A stretch of DNA of 59,911 nt from a virus (lineage: Duplodnaviria > Caudoviricetes), in IMG/VR virus record IMGVR_UViG_3300024344_000009, positions 1 through 59,911 of that record; one strand, written 5' to 3'. Position numbers and translations under genes: made by a program. The notes beneath the pieces are model-generated. The model had not been told where the DNA came from. It saw only the letters and a program-made list of their open reading frames with translations, and ran no database searches. Shown one piece after another: positions 21,644-30,519 of this stretch (positions within the stretch are counted from its first letter, which is position 1; every line of letters starts with the position of its first letter).

Positions 21644-24076
21644 ATGTATAATTTATTTAAACTATCTAAAAAAACGGCGTATTTAGGCAATCACATTCGC
21701 AAGAACGGAACTCTATATAATGAATATTTGGAACTACTGGAATTTACTAATTTTCTTCCCGTAAATACATCAGTCAAAGAAAGACTTTATTATGTAGAAC
21801 ATAATATTAATAAAATCGTTAAATGTCATACTTGTGAAAAAAAGGCAAATTGGTCTAATAGGGGTAAAAATAAAAATACATATAAAAAATATTGTTCTGT
21901 ATGTGCATATAAATCACCAGAACGATATAAAAAAATAAAACAAACTAATTTAAATAGATATGGTGTCGAAAATGTATTACAATCAAAAGAAGTTAAAGAT
22001 AAAATCAAACAAACCAACTTAGAAAGATATGGCGTTGAGCATGCATTACAATCAAAAGAAGTTAAAGATAAAATCAAAAAAACCAACTTAGAAAGATATG
22101 GCGTTGAGCATACATTACAATCAAAAGAAGTTAAAGATAAAATCAAACAAACCAACTTAGACAAGTATGGTGTTGAACATGCATTACAATCAGAAGAAAT
22201 TAAAGATAAAATCAAACAAACCAACTTAGACAAGTATGGTGTTGAACATGCATTACAATCAGAAGAAATTAAAGATAAAATCAAACAAACCAACTTAGAC
22301 AAGTATGGTGTTGAACATGCATTACAATCAGAAGAAATTAAAGATAAAATCAAAAAAACCAACTTAGATAAATATGGTGTCGAACATCCTTCACAATCAA
22401 AAGAAGTTAAAGATAAAATCAAACAAACCAACTTAGAAAGATATGGCGTTGAGCATACATTACAATCAGAAGAAGTTAAAGATAAAATAAAACAAACCAA
22501 CTTGGATAAATATGGCGTCGAACATGCATTACAAAATAAAGAAATTCAAGATAAAATGAAGAAAACCATGTTAATTAATCATGGTGTCGAACATGCATTA
22601 CAATCAAAAGAAGTTAAAGATAAAATCAAACAAACCAACTTAGACAAGTATGGTGTCGAAAATCCTTCACAATCAAAAGAAGTTAAAGATAAAATCAAAA
22701 AAACCAACTTAGATAAATATGGTGTCGAAAATGTATTGCAATCAGAAGAAGTTAAAGATAAAATCAAAAAAACCAACTCAGATAAATATGGTGTCGAACA
22801 TCCTTCACAATCAAAAGAAGTTAAAGATAAAATCAAACAAACCAACTTAGAAAGATATGGCGTTGAGCATACATTACAATCAGAAGAAGTTAAAGATAAA
22901 ATCAAACAAACCAACTTGGATAAATATGGCGTCGAAAATCCTTCACAATCAAAAGAAGTTAAAGATAAAATCAAACAAACCAACTTAGATAAATATGGTG
23001 TCGAAAATGTATTGAAATCAAAAGAAGTTAAAGATAAAATAAAACAAATTGTAAGTAAAAAGGGATATATAAAAAAACAAAAACTAGCAAAAAGCTTAAA
23101 TCTAACATTACTAAAACATAATAATATAACTAAAGAAGTTACATACCGATGTAATACATGTAACACAGTTAGAACAACAATATATCCCTACTTACGGTGC
23201 ATAACATGTTTTCCTTATAATATTTCATCTGGTGAAAAAGAAGTACTAGAATTTATTAAAAATTCTTACAAAGGAAATATTATTTGTAATTCCAGGGCTA
23301 TTATACCTCCATTTGAATTAGATATATATCTTCCAGAAAAAAACATAGCAATTGAATATGATGGATTATATTGGCATTCTGAATTAGCGGGCAAAGACAA
23401 ACACTATCATATAAGCAAAACAAATTTATGTTTAGAGAGGGGTATTCAATTATTTCATATATTTGAGAATGAATGGATACAGTCCCCGACACAAAATATT
23501 TGGAAATCTATTATTAGTAATAGATTGTATAATTCAAAACGAATATTTGCTCGAAAATGCCAAGTAAGGGAAATTTCTTTTACGGAAACGAAAGAATTTT
23601 TAATTAAAAATCATTTACAAGGAACAATAAATTCAAAAATTAATTTAGGATTAATTTATCATGATGAAATAGTTGCCGTTATGACATTTAGTAAGCCGAG
23701 ATATAATAAAAACTATTCGTGGGAATTATTACGTTTTTGTAATAAATTAAATTATAATACTATAGGTGGTGCTAGTAAATTGCTAAAATATTTTACAAAA
23801 CGCTATAAAGGTACTATAATTAGTTATGCAGATTTACGTAGGGGGAATGGAAAATTATATGAAAAGCTTGGATTTAATAAAATGCATATATCGCCAGCAA
23901 ATTTCTTTTATTTTAAAAATATAAATCACTTACATTCGAGATTAGAATTTCAAAAATACAAATTAGCTAAAAAATTAAAAACATTTGATCCCACATTAAC
24001 GGGTTGGGAAAATATGCAAAATAATGGATGGAATAGGATTTGGGATTGTGGTAATATAGTATTTACACTAAATTAG
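21644..24076 (+). CDS. family B (Hef-like) endonuclease: 16 x 23-aa YGV repeats + Zn ribbon + Vsr-like nuclease + GNAT/Mom-like domain
   Basis: ELDIY..IAIEYDGLYWHS..HIFENEW; ARKC..NHLQG..ELLRF..GGASKL..SYAD..WDCG. Confidence 0.8.
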   Translation: MYNLFKLSKKTAYLGNHIRKNGTLYNEYLELLEFTNFLPVNTSVKERLYYVEHNINKIVKCHTCEKKANWSNRGKNKNTYKKYCSVCAYKSPERYKKIKQTNLNRYGVENVLQSKEVKDKIKQTNLERYGVEHALQSKEVKDKIKKTNLERYGVEHTLQSKEVKDKIKQTNLDKYGVEHALQSEEIKDKIKQTNLDKYGVEHALQSEEIKDKIKQTNLDKYGVEHALQSEEIKDKIKKTNLDKYGVEHPSQSKEVKDKIKQTNLERYGVEHTLQSEEVKDKIKQTNLDKYGVEHALQNKEIQDKMKKTMLINHGVEHALQSKEVKDKIKQTNLDKYGVENPSQSKEVKDKIKKTNLDKYGVENVLQSEEVKDKIKKTNSDKYGVEHPSQSKEVKDKIKQTNLERYGVEHTLQSEEVKDKIKQTNLDKYGVENPSQSKEVKDKIKQTNLDKYGVENVLKSKEVKDKIKQIVSKKGYIKKQKLAKSLNLTLLKHNNITKEVTYRCNTCNTVRTTIYPYLRCITCFPYNISSGEKEVLEFIKNSYKGNIICNSRAIIPPFELDIYLPEKNIAIEYDGLYWHSELAGKDKHYHISKTNLCLERGIQLFHIFENEWIQSPTQNIWKSIISNRLYNSKRIFARKCQVREISFTETKEFLIKNHLQGTINSKINLGLIYHDEIVAVMTFSKPRYNKNYSWELLRFCNKLNYNTIGGASKLLKYFTKRYKGTIISYADLRRGNGKLYEKLGFNKMHISPANFFYFKNINHLHSRLEFQKYKLAKKLKTFDPTLTGWENMQNNGWNRIWDCGNIVFTLN
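21930..23045 (+). repeat. 69-bp coding tandem repeat, 16 units
   Basis: Unit KIKQTNL(D/E)(K/R)YGVExxxQSxEVKD. Confidence 0.95.
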
Positions 24077-24448
24077 CATATCAATACGCACGGCATTTAC
24101 TGCTACCTGAAAACTACTATTATTTGTTATTTCTAATTCTAAGCTTCCTAAATTTATTACTACATCAACTACATGTAATATATTCGGTGTACCTACCAGT
24201 CCATATTGGTTATGATTGGGTAGTGTCCCAAATTGATGATTCGCTAATACTTCACCACTCATAACATTATTATTAATAGCAGTATTATCCATAATTGTAT
24301 AAATCCACTTAACGGAAATATTAGTTCCTACTAATAATGAATCAACCACACCTGTATTTCCTGGGTTTATAATGACTCCTTGAATACTAGCACCTGGAAT
24401 ATCTCCGCCGCCACTATCACTAACCGGCCTTGTTAATACAAATCCCAT
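24068..24448 (-). CDS. small virion protein
   Basis: Resembles C-terminal domain of 20068..21558 (VVDS..VKW..GEVLA). Confidence 0.6.
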   Translation of the reverse strand: MGFVLTRPVSDSGGGDIPGASIQGVIINPGNTGVVDSLLVGTNISVKWIYTIMDNTAINNNVMSGEVLANHQFGTLPNHNQYGLVGTPNILHVVDVVINLGSLELEITNNSSFQVAVNAVRIDMLI

Positions 24449-24449
24449 A

Positions 24450-24683
24450 TTATCCTCTTATACCTCTATATTTTCGTAATATTTTAATTAATTCTGATTT
24501 AGAAGAAATTTCTGTGGTTGATAATTCTTGTTCAAAATTATCACTTTCACGTAATGGAATTAAAACTTTAACTTCAGATTCATCAATATTTACATAAAAT
24601 TCTTGGTATTGAATTTTTGGCGTATCCTCTTTTATATTCATCGGTTTGTTTTGTAAACTTTTCAAAAACGAAAAATCGTTCAT
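24450..24683 (-). CDS. hypothetical protein
   Basis: ORF; GGAG SD favours ATG 24683 over TTG 24695. Confidence 0.6.
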   Translation of the reverse strand: MNDFSFLKSLQNKPMNIKEDTPKIQYQEFYVNIDESEVKVLIPLRESDNFEQELSTTEISSKSELIKILRKYRGIRG

Positions 24684-24716
24684 GTTCAACTCCAAGTAAT
24701 TATAATTTATAATATC

Positions 24717-24730
24717 TATTTATATAAATA
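24717..24730. promoter_or_regulatory. overlapping divergent late promoters
   Basis: TATTTATATAAATA palindrome between divergent operons. Confidence 0.7.
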
Positions 24731-24761
24731 GAATAATGAAGCAATTTTTTAGAGGATTTGT

Positions 24762-25415
24762 ATGGCTACTATAATAAATTCATATTTTGAAAATAATTCT
24801 GGACCATTAACTGGTCTAACACCTACTATACGTATATGGGATGTGGACGGAGCTAGTCAAACATTAATAATAGGTTCACCTAATGGTACTGGATCAAATA
24901 TCGATGGTACTATGGTAGAGGTCGATGATGGGACCAGCCAAGATGGATTCTACAAATATGAATTTACTGTTGGGTTGGGATTTGATGTAACTCGTACATA
25001 TTTAGCTAGAGTAGATGGTGGGGCCGCACTTAATCGTCTTAGATATCAAGTAGTAAGATTTGATCCAAATACAAATTTAGGTGCAAACGAAGTTGCAGAT
25101 GCCGTTTGGGATGCCTCAGTTATAGATCACAATACTGTCGGAACTATGGGTGAATACCAAAATAACATTGAAATTATACGAACAGTTGATATTCCAGCCT
25201 TATTCAACCTTATAGATTTACTCCGTAAATATGAAACCAATAGAACACGAATTGATACCACTACAAATACTTTAACAATATATGATGATGATTGTTCAAC
25301 ACCATTACGTGTATTTAAATTACTAGATAGCAGTGCTACACCCAGTGTCGCAGATGTATGTGAACGTGTTCCCCAAATTGGTGGTGGTTCTACTGATGGT
25401 CAAACAGAGTGCTAA
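24762..25415 (+). CDS. putative virion protein
   Basis: GAGGA SD, late promoter; EVADAVWD motif. Confidence 0.6.
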   Translation: MATIINSYFENNSGPLTGLTPTIRIWDVDGASQTLIIGSPNGTGSNIDGTMVEVDDGTSQDGFYKYEFTVGLGFDVTRTYLARVDGGAALNRLRYQVVRFDPNTNLGANEVADAVWDASVIDHNTVGTMGEYQNNIEIIRTVDIPALFNLIDLLRKYETNRTRIDTTTNTLTIYDDDCSTPLRVFKLLDSSATPSVADVCERVPQIGGGSTDGQTEC

Positions 25416-25880
25416 ATGGCAACACTTACAAACAGATATAGCGGCTTAATCACTGGTGGTTTAGGTTTACCTGCTTGTTCGGGATTGATTGTTAATACAT
25501 TTGGCGTAACTACATGTTTAACCATAATTCCTATTAGAGAAAGTGGCGGAAGTTCTGGAGGTTCTATACCATTATTGCCGGGCGAAATACAAAATTTTTA
25601 CACACCAGTTGATACTCAAGTAACAAAAACTAATACGGGTAACTTAGCAAAACCTGGTATATATGGTAAAAAAATAGTAAAAATAACAGTTTCTTATAAA
25701 AAAATGAAAACTGAAAAAGAATTCATGATTAATAAGGAACAGGAAAAAATGTTAGTTAATATATTAAATCTAATGAATACAACAAAAAGCAGAATAAAAA
25801 TAACTATAGATAATTTAAAGAAAATTACCAACAAATTAAAAATAGAAATCAAAAATTTACATGTAAAAACTAAATTTTAA
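25416..25880 (+). CDS. hypothetical protein
   Basis: 154 aa, LITGGLG N-terminus, abuts previous gene. Confidence 0.65.
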   Translation: MATLTNRYSGLITGGLGLPACSGLIVNTFGVTTCLTIIPIRESGGSSGGSIPLLPGEIQNFYTPVDTQVTKTNTGNLAKPGIYGKKIVKITVSYKKMKTEKEFMINKEQEKMLVNILNLMNTTKSRIKITIDNLKKITNKLKIEIKNLHVKTKF

Positions 25881-25910
25881 TAAATATATACAGAACAAAA
25901 AGGAATTTTT

Positions 25911-26534
25911 ATGGATGTTATACAATTAAACAACACAAAAGAAAATGAATTAAAATTTGATGTTAATGTTGAAAAAGTGGATGATTCTGACTTACAAGTT
26001 AGATTTGTTATTAAAACTTCTGTTGTAGATTTTTCATTTAAAGGACTTCAAGAAAGTGATAACGGTAAATGGATAATTAAAATTCCACCATTACCTGCAA
26101 TAGAAAAAAGTGCATATCCTTTTTGTATTGAAGTTATTACTGATGGATATTTCTTTGAAACTATGACTGGAACTATAAACGTTGTAGGTAGTCATGACGT
26201 GTATACATCTAATGTAGTTAATACTACACTAGCACCACCGGCTGTTATATCACCTGGAGGTGACGAAAGCCAAGCACAAAATGTTATATTAGCAATCAAA
26301 TCACCTAAATTAACAGAAAAAAGTGCAAATGATATAGCAAATAAAATATTAACTGAAGATGCAAAAAAAGAACCGGTCGCAAATTGCGACCGGTTCGAAA
26401 AAAAGGTTGTTAAAACCAAACCAGCAGTATCTACTAAAGATAATCAAGTAAAAAAGATTTTGGAATCTATTAGTACAACAAAAACACCCATATCTAAAAC
26501 ACCCGTGCGTAAAGGTAAAGCTCTAGTTCATTAA
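25911..26534 (+). CDS. hypothetical protein
   Basis: 207 aa, AAGGA SD. Confidence 0.7.
   Translation: MDVIQLNNTKENELKFDVNVEKVDDSDLQVRFVIKTSVVDFSFKGLQESDNGKWIIKIPPLPAIEKSAYPFCIEVITDGYFFETMTGTINVVGSHDVYTSNVVNTTLAPPAVISPGGDESQAQNVILAIKSPKLTEKSANDIANKILTEDAKKEPVANCDRFEKKVVKTKPAVSTKDNQVKKILESISTTKTPISKTPVRKGKALVH
26363..26396 (-). terminator. intrinsic terminator on minus strand embedded in a plus-strand CDS
   Basis: Perfect 13-bp inverted repeat GAACCGGTCGCAA/TTGCGACCGGTTC followed by T7 on minus. Confidence 0.75.
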
Positions 26535-27620
26535 TATAAAATTACGTTCCCAAATAGTAACTAAATTATAACCTAATTTTTTAATTTTTTGTTCTCGTTG
26601 TATTGTTTTCATATAAAGATTCCCGGCACATTCATCAGAAAATGGATGACATTGTTCATCTTCTTCATATAATTCCAAATTACCATGAAATACATCGCCA
26701 TAAAATTCATAAATTGTATTTGTTTTTTCGCAATATCCATCAGCTTTATATCTTGTGCTTGGAATTGAATATTCCCCATCATTCTCTGCATGTTGAATAT
26801 GAATATTTTCCTTTTTTGCTATTTCGTTTAACCAAGATATTGATTTTTTAGAATAACTATTATTAACACATTTTGGACAGTTATATCCTTTTAAATGACC
26901 TTCTGCTGTTTGTGAAAACAAACCATGCTTCTTACAAATAATGCCAATTTTTTCTTTTTGTCTTTTATAATTAACACATGAATAATCATATTTATTTTTA
27001 TGAATATTATTTGCTCTTTCAATAAATTCTTCCGTAGATAATGATAAAATATCAGATAATTTACTTTTAAAACATATATCACATCCCTGCTTTTGTAAAT
27101 GATTATGAGGTCGTTGAAAAAATTCGCCATGTATAGGGCAAATAATTTTTATTTTAGTATATGAATTAATATATTTATCTGGATAAGAATATTTGTTATT
27201 ATGAATATTATTTGCTCTTTCAATGAATTCTTTATTTGTTATTTTTTTATTTTCATCTACACATTTTCTGCATCCATTGCCCTTAAGATGACTTCGTACT
27301 ATTTGTTTCCAAATACCATGTTTCTTGCAAATTATTGATACTTTATCATATACAGATGTAATAGTATCTATTAATGAATAATCATATTTATTTTCATGGA
27401 TTTTTTTTGAATCTCTTATAAATGATTTTGTTCTATATATATTACGTGCTTCAAATGAGCATTTTCTACATCCATAACTAAGATGACTACTAGGGAGTTG
27501 AAAAAATTCACCATGTATGGGACAAATAATTCTTAATTTGGTACGTGCATTAACATATGTTTCAGGATAAAAATATTTGTTATTGTGAATATTATTTGCT
27601 TTATCACAAAAAGATTTCAT
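26523..27620 (-). CDS. family A endonuclease, 4 Zn repeats
   Basis: Same architecture as 10528; TAATG coupling to upstream gene. Confidence 0.8.
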   Translation of the reverse strand: MKSFCDKANNIHNNKYFYPETYVNARTKLRIICPIHGEFFQLPSSHLSYGCRKCSFEARNIYRTKSFIRDSKKIHENKYDYSLIDTITSVYDKVSIICKKHGIWKQIVRSHLKGNGCRKCVDENKKITNKEFIERANNIHNNKYSYPDKYINSYTKIKIICPIHGEFFQRPHNHLQKQGCDICFKSKLSDILSLSTEEFIERANNIHKNKYDYSCVNYKRQKEKIGIICKKHGLFSQTAEGHLKGYNCPKCVNNSYSKKSISWLNEIAKKENIHIQHAENDGEYSIPSTRYKADGYCEKTNTIYEFYGDVFHGNLELYEEDEQCHPFSDECAGNLYMKTIQREQKIKKLGYNLVTIWERNFILMN

Positions 27621-28609
27621 TAACCTAATAAATTTGCTTGTGTCAAAGATTCAGATAATTTAATTATGTGTTTACAAAAACCTGGTACATTCATAGGATT
27701 AACAGAAGGATATGTTGTTGTTTTGCGTTGATACGCTGGTGGACGTTTGCCATATAATGCATTATGGTCATCATTATTATAACTAAAGCGAAAATAAAAA
27801 TCGAGACAATTACAATTTACCTTTACATTATTTCCAGCCAAATTTAGTTTAGATATGTTATATTCTTGTCCGTCAGCGGCAGTAAATGTAACATTTTGTT
27901 CGTTACGCGTATCAGAATAATTAACACCACTAAAAAAAATCTGTGGTGAATAGACAACTGGCTTACGTGTTCCGCTTGTAGCTGACCCCGTTACTAATAA
28001 TGCACCTTTTCCTTGATATGCTACTAATTTCAATTCTGATATTCTAATTGGTTGCGTAGAAAACTGGCGTTTCGTAGTAGATGGGAAACCACGTTCAATA
28101 TTACCACCTAAATCAGATAAACTTAAATCACCAACATCACCACTGTATGTATCAGTAGGGTCAGGATTTATATTATCTTTAAAAGATTCGCCACGTTCTA
28201 TTCTTTCGATTTCGCCACGCAATTGTGTTATTATATCAGCGGCTTCTTTTTTTCGTAATGTACCATCAGTATTAATCTTATCTTTTATTAATGCTAATGT
28301 ACCATCAGCAACTTCTTTTGCTTTATCTATAGGAAGTTTTGCTTTGGCAATTATATCATTCATCGTTTCGCCACGTACAATAAAGTCTGTAAATACATTT
28401 CGTGCTCTACGGAAAATATCTTTTCCTACTTGAATGCCTTTTGAAACAGTACCACCTATACTCTTGATGGCATCACGAAAACTTACTTCATAAAGTTCTT
28501 GATAAACAAAATCATTATATGCGGCGTTGGCAAGTATCTCTTCAGAATTTACATATTCTTCAAATATTTTTGAATCAAATGGTTTTTGGCTACATTCTTC
28601 TAATAACAT
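27620..28609 (-). CDS. SWIM-type Zn-finger protein
   Basis: VNCNCLDF...FCKH. Confidence 0.65.
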   Translation of the reverse strand: MLLEECSQKPFDSKIFEEYVNSEEILANAAYNDFVYQELYEVSFRDAIKSIGGTVSKGIQVGKDIFRRARNVFTDFIVRGETMNDIIAKAKLPIDKAKEVADGTLALIKDKINTDGTLRKKEAADIITQLRGEIERIERGESFKDNINPDPTDTYSGDVGDLSLSDLGGNIERGFPSTTKRQFSTQPIRISELKLVAYQGKGALLVTGSATSGTRKPVVYSPQIFFSGVNYSDTRNEQNVTFTAADGQEYNISKLNLAGNNVKVNCNCLDFYFRFSYNNDDHNALYGKRPPAYQRKTTTYPSVNPMNVPGFCKHIIKLSESLTQANLLG

Positions 28610-28624
28610 TCATGTATTTATGCT

Positions 28625-29788
28625 TCATGTGGCATTAAGTACATGTTTTGTTAATGATGTATCATTTGCACAAATCACCTCATCTACTGCACCTATTGAC
28701 GGTGCCTGCATAGACATATATTGGCGACGAACTACATTTTCTGGTACTTCCTTATATCCCCTGTTTTTTTGACGTAATAAAAGCTCATCAATAGAAATAG
28801 GAAATATAACAGCAATTACCCAATAACCACGATTATGTGCTTCTGTACAATAAAACGAACGACGCTTCTTAGTCAAATTAGTATTGTCAATAAAAATATT
28901 ATTATTTGATTTAATAAGTTTTATGAACTCTGAATTTACTTTAGATGAAAACCTTTCATCTGCACATGACGCATCAAAAGCTTCACGTGTACGAGAAACA
29001 TCTCCATCAACATACCAATCAAGGCGAAATTTATCAAAAGAATAATATTCCATGTTATCTTTCTGTAATATATTGTCGTAATATGTGCTCTTGCCGGTTC
29101 CTGATGCACCAATAGGTAATACCAAAATAGGCGTATCTGAATCTTTAATACGCTTATCCATAAGATATGTTTTATTAATAAATTTAGTAAAATTGAAAAC
29201 CCACTCTTCCGTATTCTTATGCTTAGTTTCATAATCATCAGACATTCTTCCAACCGTATCTGACAACAAAATTCTATGAAAAATTTCTGTTCTATCGAAA
29301 ATATCAATTACAGTCCGTGCTATATTTAACTGCTTTTCTGTTCGCGTAACTGCAAATGGAACATGGTATTCAATTAACCAAGAAATATCAATTTTATGTT
29401 TATTTGTAAGTTCTGGAAAATAATTATCTATGTCATTTGAACGCGTCCAATAGTCTTCCCATAAACGTGCACTTTTTTGTTCATGACCAGAATAAGCTCT
29501 ATATGTACCACGTTCTTCTGTATGTTTGACTACTTCCATCATAGGTTTAGCGGTATCATGAAACGCACATACTAAAGCACCAATAAGTGTATAAACATCC
29601 CAATTTTGTCCAGAACGAGAAATATAATCAGTAACAACCATATTAGTATGAACGCCAACATTTCGTTCTCTATGCCAAGGAGAATCTTCTACCGTATTCT
29701 CCATATCAACATAAAGCTTACTATCACAAAAAATTTCATGATACCAGTGATTAAATCGTGTTCTAATTTTATTATTAATATTAATCAT
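28625..29788 (-). CDS. HD phosphohydrolase - P-loop polynucleotide kinase fusion
   Basis: WHRE..VHT..FHDTAK..GHE..YH; GASGTGKST, IDNTNL..R, VPENVV. Confidence 0.85.
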   Translation of the reverse strand: MININNKIRTRFNHWYHEIFCDSKLYVDMENTVEDSPWHRERNVGVHTNMVVTDYISRSGQNWDVYTLIGALVCAFHDTAKPMMEVVKHTEERGTYRAYSGHEQKSARLWEDYWTRSNDIDNYFPELTNKHKIDISWLIEYHVPFAVTRTEKQLNIARTVIDIFDRTEIFHRILLSDTVGRMSDDYETKHKNTEEWVFNFTKFINKTYLMDKRIKDSDTPILVLPIGASGTGKSTYYDNILQKDNMEYYSFDKFRLDWYVDGDVSRTREAFDASCADERFSSKVNSEFIKLIKSNNNIFIDNTNLTKKRRSFYCTEAHNRGYWVIAVIFPISIDELLLRQKNRGYKEVPENVVRRQYMSMQAPSIGAVDEVICANDTSLTKHVLNAT

Positions 29789-29824
29789 TATATTCTCGTC
29801 AATATTTAAAAATACAAATATACA

Positions 29825-30070
29825 CTATTTGCATGAAATGTCAACACCTTCTTCACCACTATCTATTTCAATACTTACAACTGGTGGTTTAATTAAAGGT
29901 ATTCCATGTATTTCTGGTGTTTCCGCAACAAATTCTTTTATAGATCTATCATATGCACCCAAAATATCTGACAATTGTGCTTTTCTAGTTTCTGGATCAT
30001 CAAATAAATGCATAGTAGTAAAATTCCATTTATTACCTGCTACATCTTTAAGACAAATTTCAATTTTCAT
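29825..30070 (-). CDS. hypothetical protein
   Basis: 81-aa ORF overlapping upstream stop. Confidence 0.55.
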   Translation of the reverse strand: MKIEICLKDVAGNKWNFTTMHLFDDPETRKAQLSDILGAYDRSIKEFVAETPEIHGIPLIKPPVVSIEIDSGEEGVDISCK

Positions 30071-30437
30071 CTGGTGGTGACCCCCCTTCTGTAAATTCTT
30101 CTGACATTTCAGTATTTTCTGGTTTTTCTGGTTTTTCTTTAGGGTTTAAATAAAGAATATTTCCCACAGTTTTTACTGTTGTAACTTCGTCTTCAATGTC
30201 TTCATTATAACCAAATATATAACCTCTTAATTGATTTACAATTTCCACTAATTCACCAGAAGCTAAATACGTAATTAACCCCTCAGAATCTATCTGTGGA
30301 AATCTATGGAATACAAACTGTCGTCGAACTTTATACCATGGTGTAAAAAATATGGTTAAATGATCTACAAATTTTGTATTATCACAATCAAGATGATAAA
30401 AATGAACTTGCTCTAATAAATCATCAGGTAACAACAT
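30060..30437 (-). CDS. hypothetical protein
   Basis: 125 aa, GGGAG SD. Confidence 0.7.
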   Translation of the reverse strand: MLLPDDLLEQVHFYHLDCDNTKFVDHLTIFFTPWYKVRRQFVFHRFPQIDSEGLITYLASGELVEIVNQLRGYIFGYNEDIEDEVTTVKTVGNILYLNPKEKPEKPENTEMSEEFTEGGSPPDEN

Positions 30438-30486
30438 GTTTAATCTCCCATATCTTGTAACGCCTAAATTCTATTTTCATATTTTT

Positions 30487-30516
30487 ATTATACCATAAAT
30501 ATTGATATATTGTCAA
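30487..30516 (-). promoter_or_regulatory. sigma70-type promoter
   Basis: TTGACA-18-TATAAT with extended TG. Confidence 0.8.
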
Positions 30517-30519
30517 TAT

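Noticed and set aside
21930-23045. CRISPR-like periodicity
   Set aside because: Contiguous in-frame coding units, no unique spacers, no cas genes
21826-23166. Long antisense ORFs (also 43300..43917 and 56189..56524)
   Set aside because: Shadows of the 69-bp coding repeats; no expression signals
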